NCBI GenBank assembly: GCA_964440795.1
Contig: CAYTTQ010000003.1
Location: 9,307-73,306, forward strand
DNA: 64,000 nucleotides
Direction: 5' to 3'
From: an uncultured Desulfobacterales bacterium
Lineage (GTDB): Bacteria; Desulfobacterota; Desulfobacteria; Desulfobacterales; C00003060
The notes under the pieces were generated by a model. It ran no database searches, was not told where the DNA came from, and saw only the letters and a list, made by a program, of their open reading frames with translations. Every line of letters begins with the position of its first letter. The stretch's first letter is position 1. Below, piece after piece: positions 49,902-59,807 of the stretch. Made by a program: the position numbers and the translations under genes.

Positions 49902-51692
49902 TCATCCCATCTTCGGAATTCGAATTTTCAGCCCCAGTTCATCGAGTTGCTTTGGATCCACCGGGCACGGGGCGTCCGTCAAGAGGCAGGTCGCCTTCTG
50001 GGTCTTGGGAAAGGCCATCACGTCTCGTATCGATTCTTGCCCGGCCATGAGCATGACCAGTCTGTCGACCCCCATGGCAATGCCGCCGTGCGGCGGGGCA
50101 CCGAAATCAAGGGCGTCCAGCAAGAAGCCGAATTTGGCTTCATATGTTTTCCGGTCGATACCCAGGGCCTCGAATACCTTTTCTTGAACCGGACGTTCGT
50201 GATTGCGAATGCTGCCTCCTCCGATTTCAGAGCCGTTCAAGACCAGATCGTAGGCTCTGGACCTCACCACCCGCGGGTCTGCGGTCAGATGGTCCATGTC
50301 GGATTCCATCGGAGCGGTAAATGGGTGGTGCAGCGCCTCGTAGCGTTTTTCCTGCTCGTCATACTCCAGGAGGGGAAATTCGGTAACCCACACGAAACAG
50401 TGTCGGGTATCATCGATGAGGCCCAGCTTACGGCCCAGGTGATTTCTTAAATGGCCCAGGGCCTCGTTGGTCACCTTGGCTTGATCCGCCACAAACATGA
50501 CCAGATCTCCCGGCTCCAATCCCAATCTCCGGCTTAAAGCGGTCTTTTCTTCTTCAGAGAAAAACTTGGCAATCGGGGATTGCCATTGATCATCCCGGAT
50601 TTTAATCCATGCCAATCCCTTGGCCTGGTAAACGGCGGCAAAGGCGGTGAGGTCGTCGATTTCCTTTCTGGAAAGATCGATGCACCCCTTGGCGTTGATG
50701 GCTTTGACCATGCCCCCCGCCTTGACCACCTTCGAAAAGGCCTTAAACTCCGCGCTGGCCACGATGTCCGAAACATCCGTTAACTCCAGGCCAAAACGAA
50801 GATCCGGTTTGTCCAGGCCGTATCGGCCGGTGGCCTCCCGGTAGGTCAAACGGGGAAACGGAAGCGCCAGCTCGATTCCCAAAATATCCCGGTACAAGAC
50901 GGCCATCAGACCTTCGGTGACCGCCATGACATCTTCTTCCGACACGAAGGACATTTCCAAGTCGATTTGAGTGAATTCCGGCTGCCGGTCGGCCCGCAGG
51001 TCCTCGTCTCTAAAACAGCGGGCAATTTGATAGTACCGGTCCAAGCCGCCGACCATCAGGAGCTGTTTGAAAATCTGGGGAGACTGGGGCAGTGCGTAAA
51101 ACCGGCCCGGATTCACCCGACTGGGCACCAGGTAATCTCTGGCACCCTCAGGGGTACTCTTGGTCAGAAACGGGGTCTCCACATCCCAGAATCCCAGTTC
51201 ATTGAGATAAGACCGCACGCTGCGGATCATGCCGTGCCGAACCCTGAGGCTGTCTTTGAGCTGAGGGCGACGCATATCCATATATCGGTACTGGAGGCGG
51301 ATGTTTTCGGATACCTGAACATCGTCTTCCAGGACAAAAGGCGGCGTTTTGGCGGTATTCAATATCTTGAGTTCGGAAACCAGGACATCGATCTCCCCGG
51401 TTACCAACTTGGGATTAATCATCCCTTCCGGCCGCAGTACCACGGTTCCCCGAACGGCGAGCACATATTCGTTGCGAATTCCTTGGGCCTTCTCGTGGAC
51501 CTGTTGGTTGAATTCCGGATTGAACACCACCTGGGTGATTCCCTCGCGATCTCGCAGGTCCACGAAGATTACCCCGCCGTGGTCTCTGCGGCGCTGCGCC
51601 CATCCCATGAGCACGACTTCTTGATTCACGTTGCCGCTGGTAAGCTCACAACAATGGTGGGTGCGTTTCATCCGACCCAGCGTATCTCTCAA
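49902..51692 (-). CDS. aspS: Aspartate--tRNA ligase (probably non-discriminating)
   Basis: RRRDHGG, STPEGARDYLVP, CFRDEDLRADRQPEFTQ and PPHGG motifs. Confidence 0.97.
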   Translation of the reverse strand: MRDTLGRMKRTHHCCELTSGNVNQEVVLMGWAQRRRDHGGVIFVDLRDREGITQVVFNPEFNQQVHEKAQGIRNEYVLAVRGTVVLRPEGMINPKLVTGEIDVLVSELKILNTAKTPPFVLEDDVQVSENIRLQYRYMDMRRPQLKDSLRVRHGMIRSVRSYLNELGFWDVETPFLTKSTPEGARDYLVPSRVNPGRFYALPQSPQIFKQLLMVGGLDRYYQIARCFRDEDLRADRQPEFTQIDLEMSFVSEEDVMAVTEGLMAVLYRDILGIELALPFPRLTYREATGRYGLDKPDLRFGLELTDVSDIVASAEFKAFSKVVKAGGMVKAINAKGCIDLSRKEIDDLTAFAAVYQAKGLAWIKIRDDQWQSPIAKFFSEEEKTALSRRLGLEPGDLVMFVADQAKVTNEALGHLRNHLGRKLGLIDDTRHCFVWVTEFPLLEYDEQEKRYEALHHPFTAPMESDMDHLTADPRVVRSRAYDLVLNGSEIGGGSIRNHERPVQEKVFEALGIDRKTYEAKFGFLLDALDFGAPPHGGIAMGVDRLVMLMAGQESIRDVMAFPKTQKATCLLTDAPCPVDPKQLDELGLKIRIPKMG

Positions 51693-51763
51693 GACGTGCT
51701 CCTTTCATTCGATGTCTCGACATGGCTACATGCCAAACCCGTCTCTCTTGCCGTTGCTTGGCC

Positions 51764-53020
51764 TTAAAGGTTCAACTGTTGGGCCAAGCAGGTTACCAAA
51801 TCGGCCAAAGGGACTTTGTGTTGTTCTTTTGTGTTCAGGTTTCTTAATATGGCCTCACCTTGGTCCAGTTCCTGCTCACCGACAATCAATGCATAGGACG
51901 CCCCTAACTTATTGGCTCGACGCATCTGGGCCTTGAGGCTGCGATCGTGAAAATCCATTTCGGCGGGAATCCTTCGGGCCCGTAAGTCCTGAACCCAGCC
52001 GAATGCCTTTGCCTGCGCCCTTTCGCCTAGTGCGGCGACGAACAGACGGGGGGTGAGGCGAAATGTTTCTTGTTCAGGCAACAACAGTTCCTTGAGGCGA
52101 TCCACACCCACGGCAAAACCGATCCCCGGCTGGTCCGGGCCGCCCATTGCCTTCACCAGCCCGTCATACCGCCCCCCGCCTGCCACGGCATCTTGGGCCC
52201 CGAGTGTGCCGGCCAGCACCTCAAAGGTGGTTCGTGTATAATAATCCAATCCCCGGACCATGCGGTGGTTGATACGGTAGGAGATGTCAAAGCGTTTCAG
52301 GCTTTCTTGCACCGTATCGAAGTGGTGTCGGCAATCGGTACACAAATGGTCTAAAATGGAGGGGGCGTCCGCCATAATGTCCTTACACGTCGGGACCTTG
52401 CAATCGAAGGCCCGCAACGGATTCTGGTCCCGGCGGCGAAGACAGTCCGCACAGAGGCCTTGAGAATGACGCTCGAGAAACGTTGCCAAGGCCTCGCCGA
52501 AATGGGGGCGGCAGGCCGTACAGCCGAGGCAGTTGAGGTTGAGTTCGATTCCGGACAGTGCCAGCCGGCCAAAAAAGGTCATCAACAAAAGAATCAATTC
52601 CGCATCCGCTCGGGGATCCTGAAGGCCGAATACTTCCGAGTTGATTTGGTAAAACTGGCGGTGCCTGCCTTTTTGCGGTCGCTCCCGTCTAAACATCGGG
52701 CCAAGGGTATAGAGTTTCTGGATCGGATCCCGGGCATATAGTTTATGTTCAACATAGGCTCTCACCACTGAGGCTGTGGCTTCCGGGCGAAGGGTCAGGG
52801 AGCTTCCGTTTCGGTCGGTGAACGTATACATCTCCTTTTCCACAATGTCCGTGGAGGTCCCGATACTGCGGGCAAAAAGCTCTGTCCGCTCCAACAGGGG
52901 AATGCGAATCTCTGCATAACCGAAATCGGCGAATATTTCCCGGGCCGTTGCTTCGATGTGTTGCCAAAGGCCCGTTTCTTCGGGAAGTATGTCTTTAAAT
53001 CCCCTGATGAGCTTGATCAT
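51764..53020 (-). CDS. hisS: Histidine--tRNA ligase
   Basis: KEMYTF, LRPEATA, FRRERPQKGR and VRGLDYYT motifs. Confidence 0.97.
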   Translation of the reverse strand: MIKLIRGFKDILPEETGLWQHIEATAREIFADFGYAEIRIPLLERTELFARSIGTSTDIVEKEMYTFTDRNGSSLTLRPEATASVVRAYVEHKLYARDPIQKLYTLGPMFRRERPQKGRHRQFYQINSEVFGLQDPRADAELILLLMTFFGRLALSGIELNLNCLGCTACRPHFGEALATFLERHSQGLCADCLRRRDQNPLRAFDCKVPTCKDIMADAPSILDHLCTDCRHHFDTVQESLKRFDISYRINHRMVRGLDYYTRTTFEVLAGTLGAQDAVAGGGRYDGLVKAMGGPDQPGIGFAVGVDRLKELLLPEQETFRLTPRLFVAALGERAQAKAFGWVQDLRARRIPAEMDFHDRSLKAQMRRANKLGASYALIVGEQELDQGEAILRNLNTKEQHKVPLADLVTCLAQQLNL

Positions 53021-53215
53021 AGCTTAATCATTGCCTCTGATCCTTGTTGGGACCCACTTTTTGGGCCCCGTTCCATCATCGCGAGTGGGGCATGACGTGC
53101 TACCCACCACGATGTCGCCGGGCCCGTTTTTCGCAAGCCCCTACAAAAACTCTCTCTTGTAGGGTTTTGCAAGGCCGGAGTCAACAAAATTATGTGCCCC
53201 GCCCGGCCAACCGGG

Positions 53216-54664
53216 CTACTTGCGCCAGAACTCCGGTACAAAGAGGACCAACACGGTATAAATTTCCAGTCGGCCCAATAGCATACATAAGATCAACAAC
53301 CACTTTCCCAATACCGGAATATGGGCGTAATTGTCGGTTGGCCCGACCATCCCCAGGCCGGGACCGATGTTGCCGATGGTGGCGACGACGGCGGCGAATG
53401 CCGTTGCCAGGTCTACCCCCATGGCCGCCAGCAAAAAGGAGCAAAGCACGAACAAACCGATGTAGAGCATGAAGTATCCCCAAATGCTGTGGAGGACCTC
53501 ATCGGGAATGGGTCGTTTGCCCAACTTGACTTGGGTCACCGCCCGCGGGTGAATCAGGGAAAAGACCTGCTTGTAGGAATGTTTCAACAACAGCATGATC
53601 CGAAGACATTTCATGCCCCCGCCGGTGGAACCTGCCGATGCGCCAAGGAACATACAAAAAAGCAACAGGTGTTGGCACAAGGCGGGCCACTGTTCATAGT
53701 CCGCCGTTGCATATCCGGTCGTCGTAATGATGGACAGAACCTGAAACACACCGTAACGGATGGACTCGCCCAATGTTTCATATACGGTTCCATAGAGGCC
53801 GATGACCACGATGACACAAAACGCAATACACAGGCCGACGAAGAAACGGCATTCCGAGTTCCGCCAGAATGCCAGGGGTTGCCCTTTTATGAACTGATAA
53901 TGCAAGGAAAAATTGATGCCCGCAAAGAGCATAAAAATAATAAATATGGTATCAAAATAGGGGCTGTTGAATGCGCCGATGGAGCCGTCTTTGGTGGAAA
54001 AGCCTCCGGTTGCCATGGTGCCGAAGGTGTGGCATAGGGCCTCGAACAGATCCATGCCTCCGGCCATGAGTAGCGCCGTTTCCAGCAAAGAAAAAAGTGC
54101 ATAAACCTTCCACAAGACCATGGCCGTATCTCGAATGCGCGGTTTGAGCTTGTCCGGCACCGGCCCAGGCACTTCGGCCTTATAGAGTTGCATCCCGCCG
54201 ATACCCAAGACGGGCAGGATGGCCAAGGAGAGCACGATAATTCCCATGCCACCGAGCCAATGGGTAAGACTCCGCCAAAACAGAAGCCCCCGGGGAAGGT
54301 TTTCGATCTGGACCAAGACAGAGGCGCCGGTGGTGGTAAAGCCGGACAGGGATTCAAAAACGGCGTCAGAGAAACCGGGCAATGCCCCACCCCAATAATA
54401 GGGAAGGGCGCCAAAAAGACCTGCCGCCATCCATCCGATGGCCACGATGCCCATACCCTCGCGATGCGTCATGGCCTCTTTCCTGGCGCCTCGAAAACAG
54501 GCACACAACACCAGTCCACCGGCAATCGTCACCCCGATGGATCGGGCAATGGGGATGGCGCTGCCGTCATGGTAGTAAAGGCCAAACAGCAACGGAAAGA
54601 CCATGGTGCCGCCCAGAAAGAGCATCAGGATCCCCACCACATAAAGCGTGTATCGAAGACGCAT
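53216..54664 (-). CDS. trkH: Trk potassium uptake membrane protein
   Basis: FESLSGFTTTGA, WLGGMGII, TMATGGFS, TTTGY, GSTGGGMK, NIGPG and GRLEI motifs. Confidence 0.96.
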   Translation of the reverse strand: MRLRYTLYVVGILMLFLGGTMVFPLLFGLYYHDGSAIPIARSIGVTIAGGLVLCACFRGARKEAMTHREGMGIVAIGWMAAGLFGALPYYWGGALPGFSDAVFESLSGFTTTGASVLVQIENLPRGLLFWRSLTHWLGGMGIIVLSLAILPVLGIGGMQLYKAEVPGPVPDKLKPRIRDTAMVLWKVYALFSLLETALLMAGGMDLFEALCHTFGTMATGGFSTKDGSIGAFNSPYFDTIFIIFMLFAGINFSLHYQFIKGQPLAFWRNSECRFFVGLCIAFCVIVVIGLYGTVYETLGESIRYGVFQVLSIITTTGYATADYEQWPALCQHLLLFCMFLGASAGSTGGGMKCLRIMLLLKHSYKQVFSLIHPRAVTQVKLGKRPIPDEVLHSIWGYFMLYIGLFVLCSFLLAAMGVDLATAFAAVVATIGNIGPGLGMVGPTDNYAHIPVLGKWLLILCMLLGRLEIYTVLVLFVPEFWRK

Positions 54665-56029
54665 CTAGAAATACTCCAGCTTGACCATGAGGGCCTTTTC
54701 TACTTGGGGGATTGCCTGGCGAGTCGACAAAATAATGATCCGGTCATCCGGTGAAATGACACTCTCGCCGGTGGGGATGATCACTTCTTGGTCCCGAATG
54801 ATGGCCACCACCAACGCGTTTCGTGGAAAAGAAATCTTTTTGAGTGGTTTTCCTGCGATATCAGATGTTTCTAAGGCGACTGCTTCCAGGACTTCGGCTT
54901 CTTCTCCCTTGAGCGCCATGGCCGAGAGGACTTTACCCCGACGGATGCGGTGTAGGATGGTATTGATAGCGGCAAGGCGGGAGCTGACGACATGCTCGAG
55001 GCCGATCACCGCCACCAGGGGCAGATAACTGAACTTGTTAATCCGGGTGATGGTCTTATGCGCCCCCATCCGTTTGGCCAACAAGGCGGCGAGGATATTG
55101 GTCTCTTCATCGTCGGTCAGCGTAATCACAACGTCCATGTTCTGCACGTTTTCCTCCCGGAGGAGGTCTTGGTCCGATCCGTCACCCTGCAAGACGACGA
55201 CTTTATTCAACTTTTCTGCCAGCTCCCGACATCGGTCGGCGTTTTTTTCGATGAGTTTGGTGTGAATGGACATGCCTTCGAGCGTCATGGCCAATTTGAG
55301 GCCCAGATTTCCTCCCCCGACCAGAAGGACCCGGTTGAACGGTTCGGCGCGCTTGCCAAACATCTTCAGGGCCGACTTGAGGTCCTTTTCTTCGGAGACG
55401 AAGTAGACCAAGTCGTCTGTTTGTAACATGTTGTCTCCGGAAGGAATGATCAGCTTTTCATTTCTGACAATGGCCCCCACAAGGACTTTCAGATCACCGG
55501 TTTTTGCACCAAGGTCGGTCAACTTGGTGCCGATTACCGGGGAATCGTCTTCCAACCGGACCCCCACCAGCTTAATACGCCCCTCGGCGAACTCACCCAC
55601 ATCCACGGCGCCCGGCACCCGGAGAAGGGTTTCGATTATCTTGACGGCCTCTTGCTCGGGATTGATGACGACATCGATTCCGTAGGGGTCCTGCATCAGA
55701 ATCTCTTTGTACAGAAGGTATTCCTCGCCCCGGATTCGGGCCAGCTTCACGGTATTGGGGGATAACAGGCTTGCAAAAAATGCCGCCACCAAATTGGTTT
55801 CGTCACTGTCGGTAACCGCCAAAAGGATATCCGCTCCCTTAATGCCCGCTTCCTCCAGAATTACCGGACTGCTTCCGCAGCCTTGAACGGTTTGTACGTC
55901 CAGGCTTTCAAAGACCTGTCTCAACGCCTCGGGGTCCTTGTCTACAACAACCACATCCTTTTTTTCCATAGCCAGGCGGCTGGCAATGTGGAAACCGACT
56001 TGGCCGGCGCCGACGATAATGATTCGCAA
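54665..56029 (-). CDS. trkA: Trk potassium transporter NAD-binding subunit
   Basis: GAGQVG and GGGNLG RCK_N motifs, with two RCK_C domains. Confidence 0.96.
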   Translation of the reverse strand: MRIIIVGAGQVGFHIASRLAMEKKDVVVVDKDPEALRQVFESLDVQTVQGCGSSPVILEEAGIKGADILLAVTDSDETNLVAAFFASLLSPNTVKLARIRGEEYLLYKEILMQDPYGIDVVINPEQEAVKIIETLLRVPGAVDVGEFAEGRIKLVGVRLEDDSPVIGTKLTDLGAKTGDLKVLVGAIVRNEKLIIPSGDNMLQTDDLVYFVSEEKDLKSALKMFGKRAEPFNRVLLVGGGNLGLKLAMTLEGMSIHTKLIEKNADRCRELAEKLNKVVVLQGDGSDQDLLREENVQNMDVVITLTDDEETNILAALLAKRMGAHKTITRINKFSYLPLVAVIGLEHVVSSRLAAINTILHRIRRGKVLSAMALKGEEAEVLEAVALETSDIAGKPLKKISFPRNALVVAIIRDQEVIIPTGESVISPDDRIIILSTRQAIPQVEKALMVKLEYF

Positions 56030-56224
56030 TGCCTTGTCCTCCGGGAAGCTTGGCGTAAAAAAACGCTGAACGTGTCTTGCCTGGGTGCGTGCGACGGATG
56101 GCCGCCGGTGCGTCTTAATCCTTCTAAAACGCCATCATCGCAATACTATAATCAGTATCCCCAGTCAACAACCGCTGGCGCTGCTGCCTTTTCACTTGAC
56201 CTTTGATGTCCATGTTCTCTATAT

Positions 56225-57514
56225 ATGGCAGCCGTGAATGTCTTGCTCGTGGAAATAAATCCGTTTGTACCGGCCTGCACACCCATCTCCCTCGGGTACA
56301 TTGCCGCCTATCTCAACGCCCGGGGATTCCATACGAAGATACTCACCATCGGCGAAGATACCCCGTGGTCGCGGGTTAACTTGGAAACCTTGATTCGGGA
56401 TTTTCAACCTGCCCTGGTAGGGCTTTCGGCGTACCAGCGCACGATGTTGTATGTTTTGGGGTTCGCCGATCTGGTCAAGTCCGTAGATGAGGATATCAAG
56501 GTGGTGATCGGAGGGCCGCAAGCGACCTTTATGCCGTCGACGGCATTACTGGAAATGCCTGGGGTGGATTATATCTGCCGGGCTTCGGGGGAGGTTACAC
56601 TGGCCGCCGTAGCGGAAGCGGTGGGATCGGGCACGCCGTTCACCGCCTTGGCGGGGGTGAGTTATCAACGTGACGGTGGCATATTTGAGTCTCCGGCCAT
56701 AGCGGGTTGGACCGATTTGGATGACTACCCATCGCCCTATTTGAACGATGTTTTCGACTATTCCGGCATGAGAGAAGCCATCATGCTGACTTCCCGAGGA
56801 TGTCCACACAACTGTATATTTTGTTATACCCCCCGGGCTTTTGATCACCAAATCCGTTTCCACTCCATTGACCGGGTTATTGAAGAGATCAAGTGGATAA
56901 ACAGCCGGGGGATCCGACGGCTCTGGTTTGCCGATCCCAATATTTCTTTTCGATGGGATCGCGTCGAAATGCTTCTCGATCGGATATTGGTTGAGGGGTT
57001 GCACAACGACATATGGCTACAGACCCGGGCGGACCTGGTAAACCCGACCATGATGAAGATGATGAAACGCGCGGGTGTGGGGACCATCGCATTCGGGCTG
57101 GAATCGGCCTCCAAAAGGGTATTGTCGAAGTTGGGCAAGCATATCGCCGTGGAAAAGGTGGCTGAAGCCATCCGGTTGGCGCACAGCGAAGACGTGGATG
57201 TGGAGCTCTTTACCATTTTCGGACTGCCGAATGAGACCCTGTCGGATGCCATTGAAACCATCGAATTTGTAAAGAAAAACAATGTAAAAATAAGGGGTAA
57301 TTCGAACTCACAGCAGATGCAGATATATTTTGGTACGCATATGGCCGAAAACTACACGACCTACGGGATCCGTCCCCTGAACGAGAAACGGCCGGCCTAT
57401 CTGTCGATTGGATCCCAATACGAGACTGAAACGATGAGTCAGGCGGAAATGAAAAAAATTCAGGCGTTGTGGCGATCCGAATCTCTCGACCGGGGGCGAC
57501 GTATCGTGTCGTGA
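56225..57514 (+). CDS. B12-binding radical SAM protein (class B methyltransferase-like)
   Basis: N-terminal cobalamin-binding region (PISLGYIAAYL...VVIGGPQAT) and TSRGCPHNCIFC. Confidence 0.9.
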   Translation: MAAVNVLLVEINPFVPACTPISLGYIAAYLNARGFHTKILTIGEDTPWSRVNLETLIRDFQPALVGLSAYQRTMLYVLGFADLVKSVDEDIKVVIGGPQATFMPSTALLEMPGVDYICRASGEVTLAAVAEAVGSGTPFTALAGVSYQRDGGIFESPAIAGWTDLDDYPSPYLNDVFDYSGMREAIMLTSRGCPHNCIFCYTPRAFDHQIRFHSIDRVIEEIKWINSRGIRRLWFADPNISFRWDRVEMLLDRILVEGLHNDIWLQTRADLVNPTMMKMMKRAGVGTIAFGLESASKRVLSKLGKHIAVEKVAEAIRLAHSEDVDVELFTIFGLPNETLSDAIETIEFVKKNNVKIRGNSNSQQMQIYFGTHMAENYTTYGIRPLNEKRPAYLSIGSQYETETMSQAEMKKIQALWRSESLDRGRRIVS

Positions 57515-57558
57515 CGTTTTTTGTCTGAAATGGGATGATCGGTACTGGGTGACCAAAC

Positions 57559-59109
57559 ATGGACGCGCCGCCACTACAAAACATATATGTTGCCCTTGGG
57601 GACACAGCGGGTCAGAAAATGGACGTTCTGTGTGACATCTTGTCGGGCCTTTTGCCTTATGGAAACCTAACCTCCAACCTCTACTTGATTGCCGGGGGAA
57701 TTACCGAAGGCATGCCTCAGGTTGAGCGTATCCAACGGGTGGTGAGTCAATACCTGAAGGAGAACCGTCTGACGCGGGTATATATTCATTTTGTCCACGC
57801 CCTGTATGCCGGAACCCCTAAGGACGTCGATTATTATTATCAGTATTATTATCAAAGCTGGAAACGATCGACTTGGGGATTCGACCGGGAGGGGTTCATG
57901 TATCAGGAAGTTCCCAGGCTGATGTTATTGCCGGTGATTGTTCCGGAAAAGGGAACCGACCCAACCGCGCTGGCGGGCCTTTTGGACCTGCTGAAAGGTG
58001 CGTTTTTTCTCCCCGGCTTATATGTGGGGCAACGTGAGGGAGCGTTGATCACGGATCCGGCGGTGGCGGAAAACGCGGAGAAGATATATGCGGCGGTCGG
58101 TGGCGTTGGGAACATACCGGAAATGGTTCAACGGTTATATTCGGAGGCCATCGTCGAGGATCTGTCCGCCAATCTCCAATCTCGAACCGGGTCCGTGAAT
58201 GGCCCGTGCCCGCCGGGGATAATCATTTCGGCCTTTGAGGGGAAAGCCTACGCTTGTCTCGATGCCTATTGTCGGAACCAGCCTCTCATCGGCTACTTAA
58301 AGAATCCCGATGTCAATAGTTTGATGACGAGATACAGCGAATTTGTTCAGCAAGATCTCGGTTGCCTGAATTGCAAGGAGACCCGGGTCGAGGCATTGTC
58401 GCGTACCCCTTTGAACGGGGAAAAGGCCCGAGAGGCCGGGGCCCTCTTTTTCCGATTTGGATCGGATCGCCAAGAAGCGGGCGACTACATGCGTGCTATT
58501 GAGAGCTTCAGCAACTCGTTGAAACTCTCTCCCGAAGCGGAAGCGCCGGCGATTCATTTCCGACTGGGTGTATGTCTGATGAATATCGGCGATTACGACG
58601 AGGCGCTTGCGGCATTCGGAACGGCAGAACCCGCACATCACGACCAGCACTATTTCCATTTTTATACCGGACTTTGTTATTATGGAAAAGGAGAGTCGGC
58701 GGAAGCCGTCGAACGATTGGGCGAGGCGGTTCAAATGAAACCGCCGGCGGAAGACCTTGTCCGGATCCTCATTTATCTCGCCAGCTGTTATAACGATCTT
58801 GGCCGGTATGCAGACGCTGTGACGTCTTTGGAAGAGGCCAAACAGTGGGCGGGGGAGATGAAGGAGATTTACAGCATCCTGGGATTTTCTTATTTTCGGC
58901 TGCACGACTATGACAAGGCCGTAAAAAACTTGCAAACGGCGGTGGAGATCGACCCGGAGTCGGCTATAGATTATGCCAGCCTTGCCGCCAACTACCGAGA
59001 AAAAGGGGATTTTGAAACCGCCATATCCATGTTCGAAAAGGCATTGGAGATCGATGCGGACCTGGTTCATGCCCGGACGGGTCTGGAAGAATTGAGAAAT
59101 CGCCTATGA
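57559..59109 (+). CDS. TPR protein with a central SPASM-like Cys motif
   Basis: C-x10-G-x4-C...CLNC at residues about 216-273, followed by about 6 TPR repeats. Confidence 0.8.
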   Translation: MDAPPLQNIYVALGDTAGQKMDVLCDILSGLLPYGNLTSNLYLIAGGITEGMPQVERIQRVVSQYLKENRLTRVYIHFVHALYAGTPKDVDYYYQYYYQSWKRSTWGFDREGFMYQEVPRLMLLPVIVPEKGTDPTALAGLLDLLKGAFFLPGLYVGQREGALITDPAVAENAEKIYAAVGGVGNIPEMVQRLYSEAIVEDLSANLQSRTGSVNGPCPPGIIISAFEGKAYACLDAYCRNQPLIGYLKNPDVNSLMTRYSEFVQQDLGCLNCKETRVEALSRTPLNGEKAREAGALFFRFGSDRQEAGDYMRAIESFSNSLKLSPEAEAPAIHFRLGVCLMNIGDYDEALAAFGTAEPAHHDQHYFHFYTGLCYYGKGESAEAVERLGEAVQMKPPAEDLVRILIYLASCYNDLGRYADAVTSLEEAKQWAGEMKEIYSILGFSYFRLHDYDKAVKNLQTAVEIDPESAIDYASLAANYREKGDFETAISMFEKALEIDADLVHARTGLEELRNRL

Positions 59110-59807
59110 AGGAACGGTTCGGAGCTTTGGAAGAAGCGTTGGGATATCACTTTACCGACGTTTACTACCTGTTTGAAGCGATGCAGCATAGCTCGTATGT
59201 TAACGAGCAACCCGATGCGACGCTAAAGGACAACGAACGGTTTGAATTTCTGGGTGACGCAGTTCTTGATTTGGTAATCACGCATATGCTCATGGACCAT
59301 TTTCCCGACACCCGTGAGGGAGTTTTGTCGAGGATGCGGGCGCTTATCGTCAACGAATCCCAGCTTGCCGAGATTGCCAACGCGCTTCGGTTGGGAGAAT
59401 ACCTACTCTTGGGCAAGGGAGAAGCGCAAAGTCACGGGGAAAGAAAGAGTTCCATTCTCGCCGATTCCCTGGAGGCACTCACGGCGGCCGTGTATCTCGA
59501 CGGGGGCTTCCGGGCGGCCTTTGGGGTGATCGCCCGGCATTTTTCCCGTGCCGTGTCCCGAGTCGGCAACCGCCTGGCGGTGGAAGATTTCAAAAGTCAA
59601 CTCCAGGAATACGCGCAGGGTAAGTTTCGCCTCGTTCCGCGCTATAGAGTGGTCAGGGAGACGGGACCCGATCATGACAAGACCTTTGAGGTCAGTCTTG
59701 CCGTGGGAGATTTCCTTACCACCTTCGGCATAGGCAAGAGTAAGAAGGCCGCGGAGCAAAACGCAGCGTGCATGGCACTGGAAAAGCTCCAGGAGCGGTT
59801 CGGTTGA
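59106..59807 (+). CDS. rnc: Ribonuclease III
   Basis: HSSY, NERFEFLGDAVL, ADSLEAL, and a dsRBD (FKSQLQE, GKSKKAAEQNAA). Confidence 0.97.
   Translation: MKERFGALEEALGYHFTDVYYLFEAMQHSSYVNEQPDATLKDNERFEFLGDAVLDLVITHMLMDHFPDTREGVLSRMRALIVNESQLAEIANALRLGEYLLLGKGEAQSHGERKSSILADSLEALTAAVYLDGGFRAAFGVIARHFSRAVSRVGNRLAVEDFKSQLQEYAQGKFRLVPRYRVVRETGPDHDKTFEVSLAVGDFLTTFGIGKSKKAAEQNAACMALEKLQERFG

Noticed and set aside
53021-53215. T-box riboswitch upstream of hisS-aspS
   Set aside because: The region is short and lacks a T-box consensus and Stem I motifs.
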